This document shows, one piece after another, positions 38,530-48,703 of a DNA stretch of 64,000 bases (position 1 is its first letter; the number at the start of each line of letters is the position of its first letter). The translations under genes were made by a program, and so were the position numbers. Below the pieces are notes generated by a model. It was not told the origin of the DNA. It did no database searches and saw nothing but the letters and a program-made list of their open reading frames with translations. The stretch covers positions 64,001 through 128,000 of the forward strand of contig JAWODC010000044.1 in assembly GCA_046483495.1 (NCBI GenBank), in the 5' to 3' direction. Source of the stretch: Desulfobacterales bacterium (GTDB taxonomy: Bacteria; Desulfobacterota; Desulfobacteria; Desulfobacterales; UBA5616).

Positions 38530-39831
38530 ATGGCACCGACAACGGTGGGTATCCTGGGTTTATGCTGTCTATTCATCTTCATCTTCTCCAACATGCCGGT
38601 AGCATTCGTCATGGCCGGCCTCGGCTTTCTCGGTTTCGGGTATCTCGTTTCATACGATGCGGCAATGAACCTTCTCGTGGTCGACTTGTTCGAGGTATTC
38701 GGATCCTACAATCTCACAGTCATTCCGCTGTTTATTTTGATGGGGCAGATTGCGTTTCATTCCGGCATCAGCAGCCGGCTTTTTGCCACCGCCTATAAAT
38801 TTATCGGTCATTGGCCCGGCGGCGTCGCCATCGCCACGGTCGGGGCCTGCACCGGATTTTCCGCCATCAGCGGATCGACGAATGCCACGGCGGCGACAAT
38901 GGCAGCCGTGGCGTTGCCTGAAATGCGAAAATACGGCTACGATGACAAACTTGCCACGGGTGTCGTAGCCGCCGGCGGCAGTATGGGAATCCTTATTCCG
39001 CCGAGTGTTATTTTTATTATTTACGGAATCATGACAGAACAGTCCATCGGTAAGCTTTTCATGGCCGGAATTGTTCCGGGGCTGATGCTGGCGCTTCTTT
39101 TTATTTTGGCTGTCGTTATTTGGACGACAATTCACCCGGATCTGGCGCCGAGGGGCCCAAAAGCCGGATTCCGGGAAAAGTTCCGGTCCCTTTTTGGACT
39201 CATCGAAACGATCATTTTGTTTTTTATTGTCATGGGCGGACTGTTCATGGGCATTTTTACACCCACCGAAGCAGGGGCGATCGGTGCCTTCGGTGCGCTT
39301 CTTATCGCCGTATTCCGACGCAACCTCCCTTTCCATAAATTCCTGACCGCCCTGTACGAGACAACCCGGCTTTCCTGCATGATTCTGGTGATTGTCGCCG
39401 GGGCCACCATTTTCGGTCATTTTCTGGCCGTTACCCGAATTCCGTTCGACATAGCCAACTGGGTCGTCGGATTCGATCTGCCCACCTGGGCGATCATGGG
39501 AATGATTATTTCGGTCTACCTGGTCGGCGGATGCTTTATCGATGCACTTGCCCTGATTATGCTGACGGTCCCGATTTTTTACCCGGTCGTCAATACCCTC
39601 GGCTATGATCCCATGTGGTTCGGCGTCATCATCGTCCTGGTCACCCAAATCGGCGTCATTACACCACCGGTCGGGGTGAATGTCTACGTTGTCAGCGGGG
39701 TGGCCTACGATGTTCCCCTGCACGTCATTTTTAAAGGCGTATTTCCATTTTTATTGGCATTGATCTTTGGAACCATGCTATTAATTCCCATACCCCAAAT
39801 CGCGTTGTTTTTACCTGGGTTGATGCAGTAA
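38530..39831 (+). CDS. TRAP transporter large permease (DctM)
   Basis: IPLFILMG, LIPPS, FTPTEAG, ITPPVGVNVY. Confidence 0.95.
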   Translation: MAPTTVGILGLCCLFIFIFSNMPVAFVMAGLGFLGFGYLVSYDAAMNLLVVDLFEVFGSYNLTVIPLFILMGQIAFHSGISSRLFATAYKFIGHWPGGVAIATVGACTGFSAISGSTNATAATMAAVALPEMRKYGYDDKLATGVVAAGGSMGILIPPSVIFIIYGIMTEQSIGKLFMAGIVPGLMLALLFILAVVIWTTIHPDLAPRGPKAGFREKFRSLFGLIETIILFFIVMGGLFMGIFTPTEAGAIGAFGALLIAVFRRNLPFHKFLTALYETTRLSCMILVIVAGATIFGHFLAVTRIPFDIANWVVGFDLPTWAIMGMIISVYLVGGCFIDALALIMLTVPIFYPVVNTLGYDPMWFGVIIVLVTQIGVITPPVGVNVYVVSGVAYDVPLHVIFKGVFPFLLALIFGTMLLIPIPQIALFLPGLMQ

Positions 39832-39867
39832 AAACCAAAATCACCCCATACGTCGTCAGGAGGAAAC

Positions 39868-40467
39868 ATGGCAGAACCGGTTGCCGTTTCAATTGAGGGC
39901 CATATCGCGGATATGCGGTTCAACAGTCCCGAAAAATACAATTTCCAGCATGCTGCCTATGGCTGGAAGCAATTGCCCGTGCCGGTCATTGCAGCCGTTC
40001 ACGGCATAGCATTCGGCGGCGGATGCCAAATCGCACTGGGCGCGGATATTCGCTTTTCCACGCCGGACGCCAAATTTTCCATCATGGAGATGAAATGGGG
40101 CCTGATTCCGGATATGTCTGCGTCACAAACCATTCGAGATCTGGTTCCCATCGATGTGGCAAAGGAATTGATTTTTACCGGCAAAATCCTCAGCGGAGAA
40201 GAAGCTGCCGCTCTTCATCTTGTCACCCGGACGTGTGAAGACCCGCATGGCCAAGCCATGAAGCCGGCGGGCGAAATCGCAATCAAGAATCCACATGCCG
40301 TCCGAGCCGCCAAAAAACTGCTGAATGATGTCTGGCACGACGATGCGGCCCGAGGACTCATGATGGAGTCCGAAGTCGAAATGACGCTTGCCGGCACCCC
40401 TAATCAACTCGAGGCTATCGCCGCCGATTTCGCCAAACGATCCCCGGTTTTCAAAGACCTGGAATAA
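39868..40467 (+). pseudogene. Crotonase/enoyl-CoA hydratase with apparent in-frame internal deletion
   Basis: N-terminal FNSPEKYN joins directly to FQHAAYGWKQLPVPVIAAVHG; the AL...VRAVVL.G.G..FCAG.D segment is missing; only 199 aa. Confidence 0.65.
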
Positions 40468-40481
40468 CAGCATCTATTTCC

Positions 40482-41171
40482 ATGCATATCGAACTCAAGG
40501 AAATCACATTTAAGCACCACAAAACGACATCACCGGTATTCGAAAATGTATCCCACCGCATCCGGGGACCGGGATTTCACGCCCTCTTCGGACCATCCGG
40601 TGTCGGGAAAACAACACTGGCTAAAATTATCGCCGATGAAGTCCGTTATGCCGGTCATGTAGCCGGAAACCGCATCGAACGAATTTTATACACCTACAAT
40701 CTTGAACGCCTCCCCAATTGGTCATCCATCCGCATGATTCTAAGCAACGTTACGCCGACCGAAAAAAAAGATGCTCTAAGCGATATCGTCGATACGTTCG
40801 GACTCGGACCGGTAATGGGTTCCCGGTATTCTCAATTATCCCTGGGTCAACAGAATCGGGCCAATTTGACCCGATATCTCGTCCAGGACTACGACATGCT
40901 GATCATGGACGAGAGCCTTGCCAACGTGGATGAAAAAACAAAAGAAGCGATCATTTTAAAGATCAAAAACCGCCTTTCGGAAAAGTTATTTTTATACATT
41001 TCGCACAACGTGGCGGAGGTCTCCAAGTTCTGCAAAGAAATTTTCGTCCTGAGGCGTCCGGAAAAGCGCCCCAGGATCGTGTCCCTTCCGGGCTTCGACT
41101 ACACCGGAGAAGAAAAGCCGGACCCCTCGGCGCTAAACCGGATCATGCTGGAGATCATGAATGCTCTATAA
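40482..41171 (+). CDS. ABC transporter ATP-binding protein (NitT/TauT-type)
   Basis: Walker A GPSGVGKT, signature LSLGQ, Walker B LIMDE, ISH switch. Confidence 0.85.
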   Translation: MHIELKEITFKHHKTTSPVFENVSHRIRGPGFHALFGPSGVGKTTLAKIIADEVRYAGHVAGNRIERILYTYNLERLPNWSSIRMILSNVTPTEKKDALSDIVDTFGLGPVMGSRYSQLSLGQQNRANLTRYLVQDYDMLIMDESLANVDEKTKEAIILKIKNRLSEKLFLYISHNVAEVSKFCKEIFVLRRPEKRPRIVSLPGFDYTGEEKPDPSALNRIMLEIMNAL

Positions 41172-41922
41172 GCGGCTCTATCAGTTTTTCATCGTATATC
41201 TGCTCGGCTTGTCCGGGCTTTTTCTGTTCAAGTATGCGTTGGATTTATCGGATTACGTCATCCCTTCACCGGCGGACGTATTGGAGACGGCCCGCTCTTA
41301 TTTTTTCGGTTTTCTTCTTGCCGTATTGAATACCCTTTCCGTTGCGATTATCGGCCATATCATTTCCATTATACTGGCCGCCTTGGTCGCTGTTTTCGCC
41401 ACACTGACAAACTGGATCGGCTCGTTTATCAAAACCGGCGCTTATAACATTCAAGCCTACCCCATCGTTGCGGTCGCCCCCATTATTTTCATCCTGTTCG
41501 GGGACGGCATGACATCCCGTTTGCTCATTACGGTGATGATCTGCTACTTTCCGATTCTGCTGTCCTTTATCGGCATCTTTTCCGAACCGATCGAAAACAT
41601 CGAACATTTTTATGCCGTCACGGGTCGCCTCACATTCAGATTTCAATTCAAAATCCGAATTTTTGAAAATATATCCAAGCTCGTTACGGTCATTTCGGGC
41701 AGCGCAACCGTTGCCATGGTCGGAACCATCGTAGCGGAATTCATTGCCGCAGACGCCGGAATCGGGTATCGGATTCGCATCGCTTTATATCAAAGCAACC
41801 TCTCAAAAATTTTAACCGCCCTTTTCCTGATCGGCATCTGCACATCCCTTTACCTGCTCCTGCTGGAATACGGAGGGCTTGTGATTAAGCGAAAATGGCT
41901 CGCGACTACGGAGGACGCCTGA
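41161..41922 (+). CDS. ABC transporter permease (NitT/TauT-type)
   Basis: IPSP, PIVAVAPI, IVAEFIAADAGIGY; about 6 TM segments. Confidence 0.88.
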   Translation: MLYKRLYQFFIVYLLGLSGLFLFKYALDLSDYVIPSPADVLETARSYFFGFLLAVLNTLSVAIIGHIISIILAALVAVFATLTNWIGSFIKTGAYNIQAYPIVAVAPIIFILFGDGMTSRLLITVMICYFPILLSFIGIFSEPIENIEHFYAVTGRLTFRFQFKIRIFENISKLVTVISGSATVAMVGTIVAEFIAADAGIGYRIRIALYQSNLSKILTALFLIGICTSLYLLLLEYGGLVIKRKWLATTEDA

Positions 41923-41923
41923 G

Positions 41924-42928
41924 ATGACCGGCTTAAAAAACATTATAAAATTCTTTCCGGCGATCGCGATGGTGATTATTTATGCCGGTAATTCGCCGGC
42001 CGGCGCCCAAGAGACCGCATCGATCGATTACCGGCTGAAATGGGTGTTCAATGCAAGTGTCGCCGGTGACATTTACGCCGAGGTGAATGGATTGTTTGCG
42101 TCAGCGGGGTTGAATGTCACCGTTAAGCCGGGCGGTCCTGAACGGGATGCGATAAAGGAAATCGAATTGGGTCGGGCTCAATTCGGTGTCGCATCCGCAG
42201 ATCAAGTGATCCGGGCCGTTGACAAGGGAGCGCGTATTGTGGTCGTCGCCCAGCTGTTTCAAATCAATCCGCTCCAGTGGATATACCGCCCGCGGAAAAC
42301 CTGCATCCGGACTCCCAAAGACCTCGAGGGGAAAATGATCGGAATTACCTACGGCGGAATCGATGAAAACATCATGAAGGCCTTATTGGCCAAACATCAT
42401 ATCGATGAAGATGACGTATCGTTTTACAGTGTCCGGTATGATTTCACACCGTTTTACCAGGGCAAAGTCGATTTATGGCCCATTTACCGCAATGCACAGG
42501 GTCCGATCATCGGCAGCAAGCTTATGGCAGCCGACGAAACGGTCGATTTCTTCGATCCGGATGCGCATGGCATTCATTCAGTGGCCAATTCCATCATCAC
42601 CGCCCCTTCCCTCCTGAAAAGCCATCCAAAACTGGTGGAGACGTTTCTCACAGCTTTGCTCGAAGGCTGGCAACTGGCCATGGATCCGGAAAATATCACC
42701 AAGACCGTCCGTACGATTCACATGTTCGACAAGGACACGTCTCCCGAAATCATCGAGCGTCAATTGATGCTGACCCGGCGGTTCGTGAAACCCTCTCCGG
42801 ATACCCGGATCGGGGCCATCGATGTACCGGCTTGGAAGGATACCGAAACCATGATGGTGCAACAGGAGCTTATCCCGTCACCGGTGGGAATCGAAGGTTA
42901 CCTGAAGGATTTATCTGCGCCTTTCTGA
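41924..42928 (+). CDS. ABC transporter substrate-binding protein, NMT1/THI5 family
   Basis: Signal peptide; LKW, GLFASAGLNV.VKPGGP, FGVASAD, PKDLEGK.IG. Confidence 0.85.
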   Translation: MTGLKNIIKFFPAIAMVIIYAGNSPAGAQETASIDYRLKWVFNASVAGDIYAEVNGLFASAGLNVTVKPGGPERDAIKEIELGRAQFGVASADQVIRAVDKGARIVVVAQLFQINPLQWIYRPRKTCIRTPKDLEGKMIGITYGGIDENIMKALLAKHHIDEDDVSFYSVRYDFTPFYQGKVDLWPIYRNAQGPIIGSKLMAADETVDFFDPDAHGIHSVANSIITAPSLLKSHPKLVETFLTALLEGWQLAMDPENITKTVRTIHMFDKDTSPEIIERQLMLTRRFVKPSPDTRIGAIDVPAWKDTETMMVQQELIPSPVGIEGYLKDLSAPF

Positions 42929-43001
42929 TCCGGGTGTAGAGCATGGCCTGACCTTAGGCGAAAAAGACTACAGCCTTTTGGTTGCCTGCTGCAGGGCGCG
43001 A

Positions 43002-43946
43002 TCATGCCGCAATAATGGCGGCTACAGCGATGGCCAACACGGCAGGCGGATAATAGCTGGCCCGGTTGAACAACACCATGGCATTTTCCCGCACATCTGT
43101 TTTATAGAGATCCTTTGCGGGCAACACCAGCAGATAGATGCCGGCCGGTGCCGCACAGACGGCCCAAAGCGGGCCTGACGGAAGCCGTGAAACGATGATG
43201 GTAATGATGGTGAACAGAACCGCACTCGACAGGCATGCCACAACAAGGCGTGCCGATATCCGCGTACCGAATCGAACGGGAATCGTTCGGGCGTTCAGCC
43301 GCGCATCGATATCGATATCCGTCCAGTCCGCTGGAACATTTTGCCCTCCGATTTCCCAGAAAAATATACTTAAAAACAGTGCCGCCAGGAAAACCGGAGA
43401 CGGATCGGGATCTACGGCAAAAACAGCGGCTATTCCGCCGGTGGATTTGACAAAACCGCTGACAATGCTGCGATACGGAGACACATTCCACATCAGGCAA
43501 TACACAATTTCCAACAGCGTGCCTGCCGTAAAAATCACCAGGCATACCGGGTTCAAGAGATAAGCGCCGACCATCGCAACTGAAGCCCATCCGATTACCC
43601 AGGCCACGGCTTCTTTCATGGACAATAATCCCTGCGCCAGGGGGTGTCTGACGATGACGGCATCCAGATAACCCCTTCCCCCGCCTGACGTATCGTGACG
43701 CATGCGTTCTTTGTCCGGTTTTAAATCGATTGCATCATTCAATGCATAAACGGCGGTATAACCGGAAAAAGCGGTGATCATTCCCAAAAGCACGATTTTG
43801 AGGGGAGGGAAACCCCCCAGCCAGAGCAGTACGGCAAACGCCGGCGTGGCCATATCCAAAACCCCATGGGGGGTGCGCGAAAGTGCCAGGAACAGTTTGA
43901 AGCGGTCGATGCGGGTAGCCGGCGGCGTCATTGCCGTGGGATCCAT
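43002..43946 (-). CDS. UbiA family prenyltransferase
   Basis: Asp-rich motifs NDAIDLKPD and DWTDIDID, RHPLAQG, RTIPVRFG; multi-TM. Confidence 0.88.
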   Translation of the reverse strand: MDPTAMTPPATRIDRFKLFLALSRTPHGVLDMATPAFAVLLWLGGFPPLKIVLLGMITAFSGYTAVYALNDAIDLKPDKERMRHDTSGGGRGYLDAVIVRHPLAQGLLSMKEAVAWVIGWASVAMVGAYLLNPVCLVIFTAGTLLEIVYCLMWNVSPYRSIVSGFVKSTGGIAAVFAVDPDPSPVFLAALFLSIFFWEIGGQNVPADWTDIDIDARLNARTIPVRFGTRISARLVVACLSSAVLFTIITIIVSRLPSGPLWAVCAAPAGIYLLVLPAKDLYKTDVRENAMVLFNRASYYPPAVLAIAVAAIIAA

Positions 43947-44317
43947 GGCGAATCATCTTTCCGAAATGATTGGGGTCGAAGCGAACTTTCGAAGAATCAT
44001 TTAATTCAGTATCTTACTCGCCATTACACGAAAAGTCAACATGCGGATATCTCCATATGTTTGTATTTATTTATAAATCAGGTGCTTGTACAATTCTGGG
44101 TTGCCGCTTAAATTTCCGTTCATTTTTTTCATAATCTGCAGCCTTGGATAGAAAGATTCTGATACCGTCGTCTACCCGGCGCGGGCTTACCAATATGGCG
44201 GTATGGTGCAAATATCGTTATTGAAAAAGCGCCTCCTCCGATCTTTACTGACAATTCTTCCGTTTTGTGTTATTGGTCATCACGTTTTCTTATAAAAAAG
44301 ATAAGAGGAGATGCACC

Positions 44318-45604
44318 ATGAGTGAGCAGGAAACGCTGTTGGGCGACATCCGCGTGTTGGACCTCACCGGGGAGGCCGGAGTTTACTGCACCAAGCTCCT
44401 TGCCGATTTGGGTGCGGACGTTCTGCGCATCGAACCCCCCGGCGGGCACCCCATGAGAAACATCGGGCCGTTTGTCCATGATGACCCCGATCCGACGAAG
44501 AGCCTTTACTGGTTCCATTTCAACACCAGTAAACGCGGCATTACCCTGGCGCTTGAAAACGCCGACGGCCGAGAGATATTCAAGCAGCTCCTGAAAACCG
44601 CCGATATCGTGGTGGACACGTATCCGCCGGGTTATATGGAGAACATCGGCCTTGGGTACGAGGTGCTGAAGAAAATCAATCCCATGCTGATACAGACGTC
44701 CATCACCCCTTTCGGGCAAACCGGGCCCTACCATGATTTTCCGGCATCGGACATGGTTGCCCAGGCCATGGGCGGATTGATGTATCTCGCCGGTTTTCCC
44801 GAGAACCCGCCCTATAAACTCGGATGTTCTCAGGCATATCACAGCGCATCGGTTCATGCCGCCGTGGGAACGATGATCGCGCTGTATGCCCGGGACGACA
44901 TCGGAACCGGGCAGTTTGTGGACGTATCGCTCCAGGAGTCCGTCCTTATGTCGCTTGAAACCGCCATGCAGCATTACGACATGCGAAAAGAAATCCGCAA
45001 GAGGATGGGACGGGAAGAACCGACCGTACCGGGCATCGGGCTCTATCCCTGCAAGAACGGGTACGTCTTCTCATACGTCGTTGCGAGTTTCGGCGCCGGC
45101 TGGGACGCCATTATCGAGTGGATGGATTCCGAAGGCATGGCCGGAGATCTGAAGGACGACACGTACGACGATGTGTGGGAGCTGATCAGCAACTACAGCG
45201 CATTGGTGGCGCTGATCAATGATCCGCCCAAGCTGATGGCCATGCTCGAAAAATTCTCGCATGTAAGCAATCTCTTGAAAACGTTTTTGATGACAAAAAC
45301 GAAACAGGAGATATTCGACCAGGCCGCTGAAAGACGCATCATGATCAACCCGGTGCAGAATGCGAAAGATATCGTCGAGAGCCCCCAATTCAACGCTCTG
45401 GGTTATGTAACGGATGTCGAACATCCCGAATTGAACATGACCCTGAAGTATCCCGGAGCGCCGTATTACCACATTTCCGAGACGCCCTGGCGAATATCGT
45501 GCCGCGCACCGCTTCCAGGCGAACACAATTCGGAAATATATGAAAATGAACTGGGGATGACCCGTGAGCAGATCATGATTCTTCAAAGCGAAGGGGCCGT
45601 TTAG
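44318..45604 (+). CDS. Class III (CaiB/BaiF) CoA-transferase, probable non-catalytic subunit
   Basis: RVLDL, KLLADLGADV, NTSKRGITL, SITPFGQTGP, QAMGG; catalytic Asp position reads SQAYH. Confidence 0.88.
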   Translation: MSEQETLLGDIRVLDLTGEAGVYCTKLLADLGADVLRIEPPGGHPMRNIGPFVHDDPDPTKSLYWFHFNTSKRGITLALENADGREIFKQLLKTADIVVDTYPPGYMENIGLGYEVLKKINPMLIQTSITPFGQTGPYHDFPASDMVAQAMGGLMYLAGFPENPPYKLGCSQAYHSASVHAAVGTMIALYARDDIGTGQFVDVSLQESVLMSLETAMQHYDMRKEIRKRMGREEPTVPGIGLYPCKNGYVFSYVVASFGAGWDAIIEWMDSEGMAGDLKDDTYDDVWELISNYSALVALINDPPKLMAMLEKFSHVSNLLKTFLMTKTKQEIFDQAAERRIMINPVQNAKDIVESPQFNALGYVTDVEHPELNMTLKYPGAPYYHISETPWRISCRAPLPGEHNSEIYENELGMTREQIMILQSEGAV

Positions 45605-45614
45605 GAGGGAAAAA

Positions 45615-46904
45615 ATGAGCGACAGGAAATTGCCTTTTGAAGGCATCCGGATATGTGATTTCTCGTGGTTTGCCGCATCTCCCGTGGCCACCAGGATGTT
45701 TGCCGACCATGGTGCGGAGGTCATTAAAATGGAGTCGTTTACGCATCCCGACGGCATCCGTGCTTCCAACCCGAAAACACCGGGCATGGAAGACAGCCTC
45801 AACGTAGGTGGTTGGTTTAACAACATGAACAGCTCGAAACTGTGCTTGGGGCTCAATCTTGCACATCCCCGGGCGAAACGCGTTTATGACCGCCTCATCA
45901 TGGCCAGCGATATCGTTGTCGAAAACTTTTCACCACGGGTAAAAGACCGTATGGGGCTCAACTACGAAGATTATGTCAAGATCAAACCGGATATCATATG
46001 GGTGGACCAGCCCATGCAGGGATTGAAGGGCCCTCACCGAAACCGCGCAGGCTTCGGGGCTGTCATCACCCCTCTAGGCGGGTTAAGCCACTTATCAGGA
46101 TATCCGGACCGTCCCCCCATCGGTACCGGAACCAACTACACCGATTATGTCATCAATCCGGGGCACCTGGCCCTTGCGATGACAGCGGCTCTCCGGAGGC
46201 GGCGCAAAACAGGAAAGGGGCAGCACATCATCATGGCGCAAGTCGCGTCCGCCGCTTCGATTCTCGAAACCGCAGTGCTCGATTATACGGTGAACAACCG
46301 CATTCAGGTAAGGACGGGCAACCGAAATCCCCATGCGGCGCCTCATGGATGCTATCCCTGCCGGGGCGAGAACCGGGATATTACCGTCTTGACGAATCTC
46401 GGGCCGACACCGGCGAAAAAGAATGACCGTTGGTGTGTCATCTGCGTGTTCAACGATTCCCAATGGAATTCACTGTGCGGTATCATGGGAAATCCACCAT
46501 GGGCTAAGGATGAAAAATTTTCGACTTTGTCGGCCAGAAAGCAAAATGAAGATGAACTGGACCGTCTTATCGGGGAATGGACCCTATCCCGAACGCCGGA
46601 GGAAATCATGATGCTCCTCCAAAAAGCCGGCGTGCCGTCCGGGGTGGTCCAGGATTCGGAAGACATTCTGATTTCCGATCCACAAATCAGATCCAGGGGC
46701 TATTATGTATACCTGGAGCACTGCGAGACGGGAAACAGCGCCTATGATGGATATGCCTATCACCTCTCCGAAACGCCGGGCAAGCTCAGAAGTCCCGCCC
46801 CACGAATAGGGGAGCATACGGAATACGTCTGCAAGGAAGTGCTCGGTATGCAGGAAGAAGAAATCGACGAGCTGATTGTGGAAGGGGTTTTGGAGATCGG
46901 ATAA
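45615..46904 (+). CDS. Class III (CaiB/BaiF) CoA-transferase, catalytic subunit
   Basis: GIRICDFSW, ADHGAEVIK, DIVVENFS, NYTD (catalytic Asp), PHGCYPC, APRIGEHT. Confidence 0.9.
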   Translation: MSDRKLPFEGIRICDFSWFAASPVATRMFADHGAEVIKMESFTHPDGIRASNPKTPGMEDSLNVGGWFNNMNSSKLCLGLNLAHPRAKRVYDRLIMASDIVVENFSPRVKDRMGLNYEDYVKIKPDIIWVDQPMQGLKGPHRNRAGFGAVITPLGGLSHLSGYPDRPPIGTGTNYTDYVINPGHLALAMTAALRRRRKTGKGQHIIMAQVASAASILETAVLDYTVNNRIQVRTGNRNPHAAPHGCYPCRGENRDITVLTNLGPTPAKKNDRWCVICVFNDSQWNSLCGIMGNPPWAKDEKFSTLSARKQNEDELDRLIGEWTLSRTPEEIMMLLQKAGVPSGVVQDSEDILISDPQIRSRGYYVYLEHCETGNSAYDGYAYHLSETPGKLRSPAPRIGEHTEYVCKEVLGMQEEEIDELIVEGVLEIG

Positions 46905-46911
46905 AACCATT

Positions 46912-46949
46912 CCGGAGGTGAGACGATAAATGCGCCGCCTCACCTCCGG
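46912..46949. terminator. Hairpin between convergent operons
   Basis: CCGGAGGTGAG...CTCACCTCCGG, 11-bp perfect stem. Confidence 0.65.
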
Positions 46950-46965
46950 GTCGGGCTTATCGCAA

Positions 46966-47835
46966 TCACGAAAGGGCTTCCTGAACCGCCTTTTCCAGTT
47001 CAGTGAAAAAATCATCCAGGGTGGTATTCTGGTATGCGAGAATGCGCTGGGATTCGTGCGTATCATACCAGGTAAACCAGCCGGGATGATCCAGAAAATG
47101 CATTTCATCCAGTGGAATTTCCATGATTTCCCCCCATCGGCTCACATATTCTCTGCCGGTTACCTGCCAGCTTTTCCCGCCCGCGAGAATCAAGGTTTTC
47201 CCGAATGCTTCCGTTTTTCCGGGAAGTGCCGCCATCGCCGTGGCAAGATCCTTCAGGCAGATCAGTTCGATTTTCTGGTCTTTCTGAAAGGCCCAGGGTT
47301 CCGGTGGATCCAGGAAGGCGGGAATGACCACCCCGGATATCCTCAGGTTCACGAAGTTCAGATTCGACCCGAACAGGATCTTCTCGGCTTCCACCTTGCT
47401 TTGCGCATACCAGTCCTTCGGCCGGGGCGGATCATCCGGACCGATCGGCCTTTCCGAACCGTCGCTGTCGCCGTAAACATGAACGGATGACGTGAAAACC
47501 ACGTCCGGCGGATTCGAGGTTTGGGAACAGGCATTCAACAGCACCCGGGTTCCCTCGACATTGATCATAAACGTTCTTTCCCGGTCGACTTCACTCCCGG
47601 GAGGCAAAACAGCAGCGAGGTGGAACACGAGATCCACGCCGTTTACGGCATTCTTCAACGACTCCGGAGCCAGGATATCTCCCCGGTGAATCGTGGTATT
47701 TTCCCACCCGTCGAAAACATCGTAATCGCAGGAAGGAAGATCGAAAATTCTCAGATGATGCCCCTGGTCCTTCAGCATAGCGGCAAGCATCCGTCCGAAA
47801 CTCCCCGCCCCTCCGGTAATTAGAATATCCGCCAT
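46966..47835 (-). CDS. NAD(P)-dependent epimerase/dehydratase (extended SDR)
   Basis: TGGAGSFG, HLAA, NVEGT, SSVHVYG, YAQSK catalytic motif. Confidence 0.88.
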   Translation of the reverse strand: MADILITGGAGSFGRMLAAMLKDQGHHLRIFDLPSCDYDVFDGWENTTIHRGDILAPESLKNAVNGVDLVFHLAAVLPPGSEVDRERTFMINVEGTRVLLNACSQTSNPPDVVFTSSVHVYGDSDGSERPIGPDDPPRPKDWYAQSKVEAEKILFGSNLNFVNLRISGVVIPAFLDPPEPWAFQKDQKIELICLKDLATAMAALPGKTEAFGKTLILAGGKSWQVTGREYVSRWGEIMEIPLDEMHFLDHPGWFTWYDTHESQRILAYQNTTLDDFFTELEKAVQEALS

Positions 47836-47872
47836 GATGCATATCCCTTTCTGGATAGAAAACCGTCAAGCC

Positions 47873-48151
47873 TTATCCGCCGGCCATGTGGACCACGATG
47901 GAAATCGATTCGCCGGGTTTGAGAGGCTGGTCTTTTCTCTCGAGGTCCCTGCCCTCACCCACGCACAGAATGCCCGGTTTGAATTCCAACGTTTCAGAAT
48001 CCCATAAACTTTTGGGAAGGCTCTCACCGAAACGTCTGCCGATTTCCGCCAACAGATCCCCGTACACGGCACCCTCAGGCAGCTCGAGATCTGCCGTGTC
48101 CGTTCCGATATATTCTTTGAACAATCCTAATAAATGAATCGTTACGTTCAT
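47873..48151 (-). CDS. MoaD/ThiS family sulfur-carrier protein
   Basis: About 92 aa beta-grasp-like sequence ending MAGG; in the AOR operon. Confidence 0.85.
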   Translation of the reverse strand: MNVTIHLLGLFKEYIGTDTADLELPEGAVYGDLLAEIGRRFGESLPKSLWDSETLEFKPGILCVGEGRDLERKDQPLKPGESISIVVHMAGG

Positions 48152-48232
48152 AGACGCCGAAATCCATATAACCGGTGTCCATCCGGAAACAAGTAAATTG
48201 GAGTGAATCAGCCATTTCCAGATGGGCACTGA

Positions 48233-48574
48233 CTAAGTCATAATAACCGTTTTATCCTTTAAGGATTGTGCAAAGGCCATAACGGCATCGGCAAATCCTT
48301 CCAATCGCCACTTCAGATCATCCAATTCATCCGTGTCCTGTGCATCTTCCCATGCTTCTTCGAGGTTTTGTGCCGCATCGAACACCGGAAATGCCAGGTT
48401 CGCACCTTCCTTCGTTCGAAGGGAGGGCTTGTTTTTCATGCCGTTCAATTCTTCACATGCCTTGCGGGCATCTTCCAGCAGTGACCCGTCTGTAAAAACC
48501 CCGGCATCGCCCACGCCGGTCAAAACGTTTCCCGCCACATCGATCGCCTTATTCACATAATCTTTTCCGTTCAC
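48233..48574 (-). CDS. Hypothetical acidic helical protein (113 aa)
   Basis: GTG start with GAGGT RBS; co-oriented within the AOR operon. Confidence 0.7.
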   Translation of the reverse strand: MNGKDYVNKAIDVAGNVLTGVGDAGVFTDGSLLEDARKACEELNGMKNKPSLRTKEGANLAFPVFDAAQNLEEAWEDAQDTDELDDLKWRLEGFADAVMAFAQSLKDKTVIMT

Positions 48575-48703
48575 GCAAATACCTCTTCTTTTGATGGTGA
48601 TTCAGCATGAGAAAGAGAAACCGAGAAGCCATGAAAAAGCACTTCCCGGTCTTTCTATCTCCTACGTTTCTATTGTCTTTTAAGCATCATGTTACGGAAC
48701 TGC

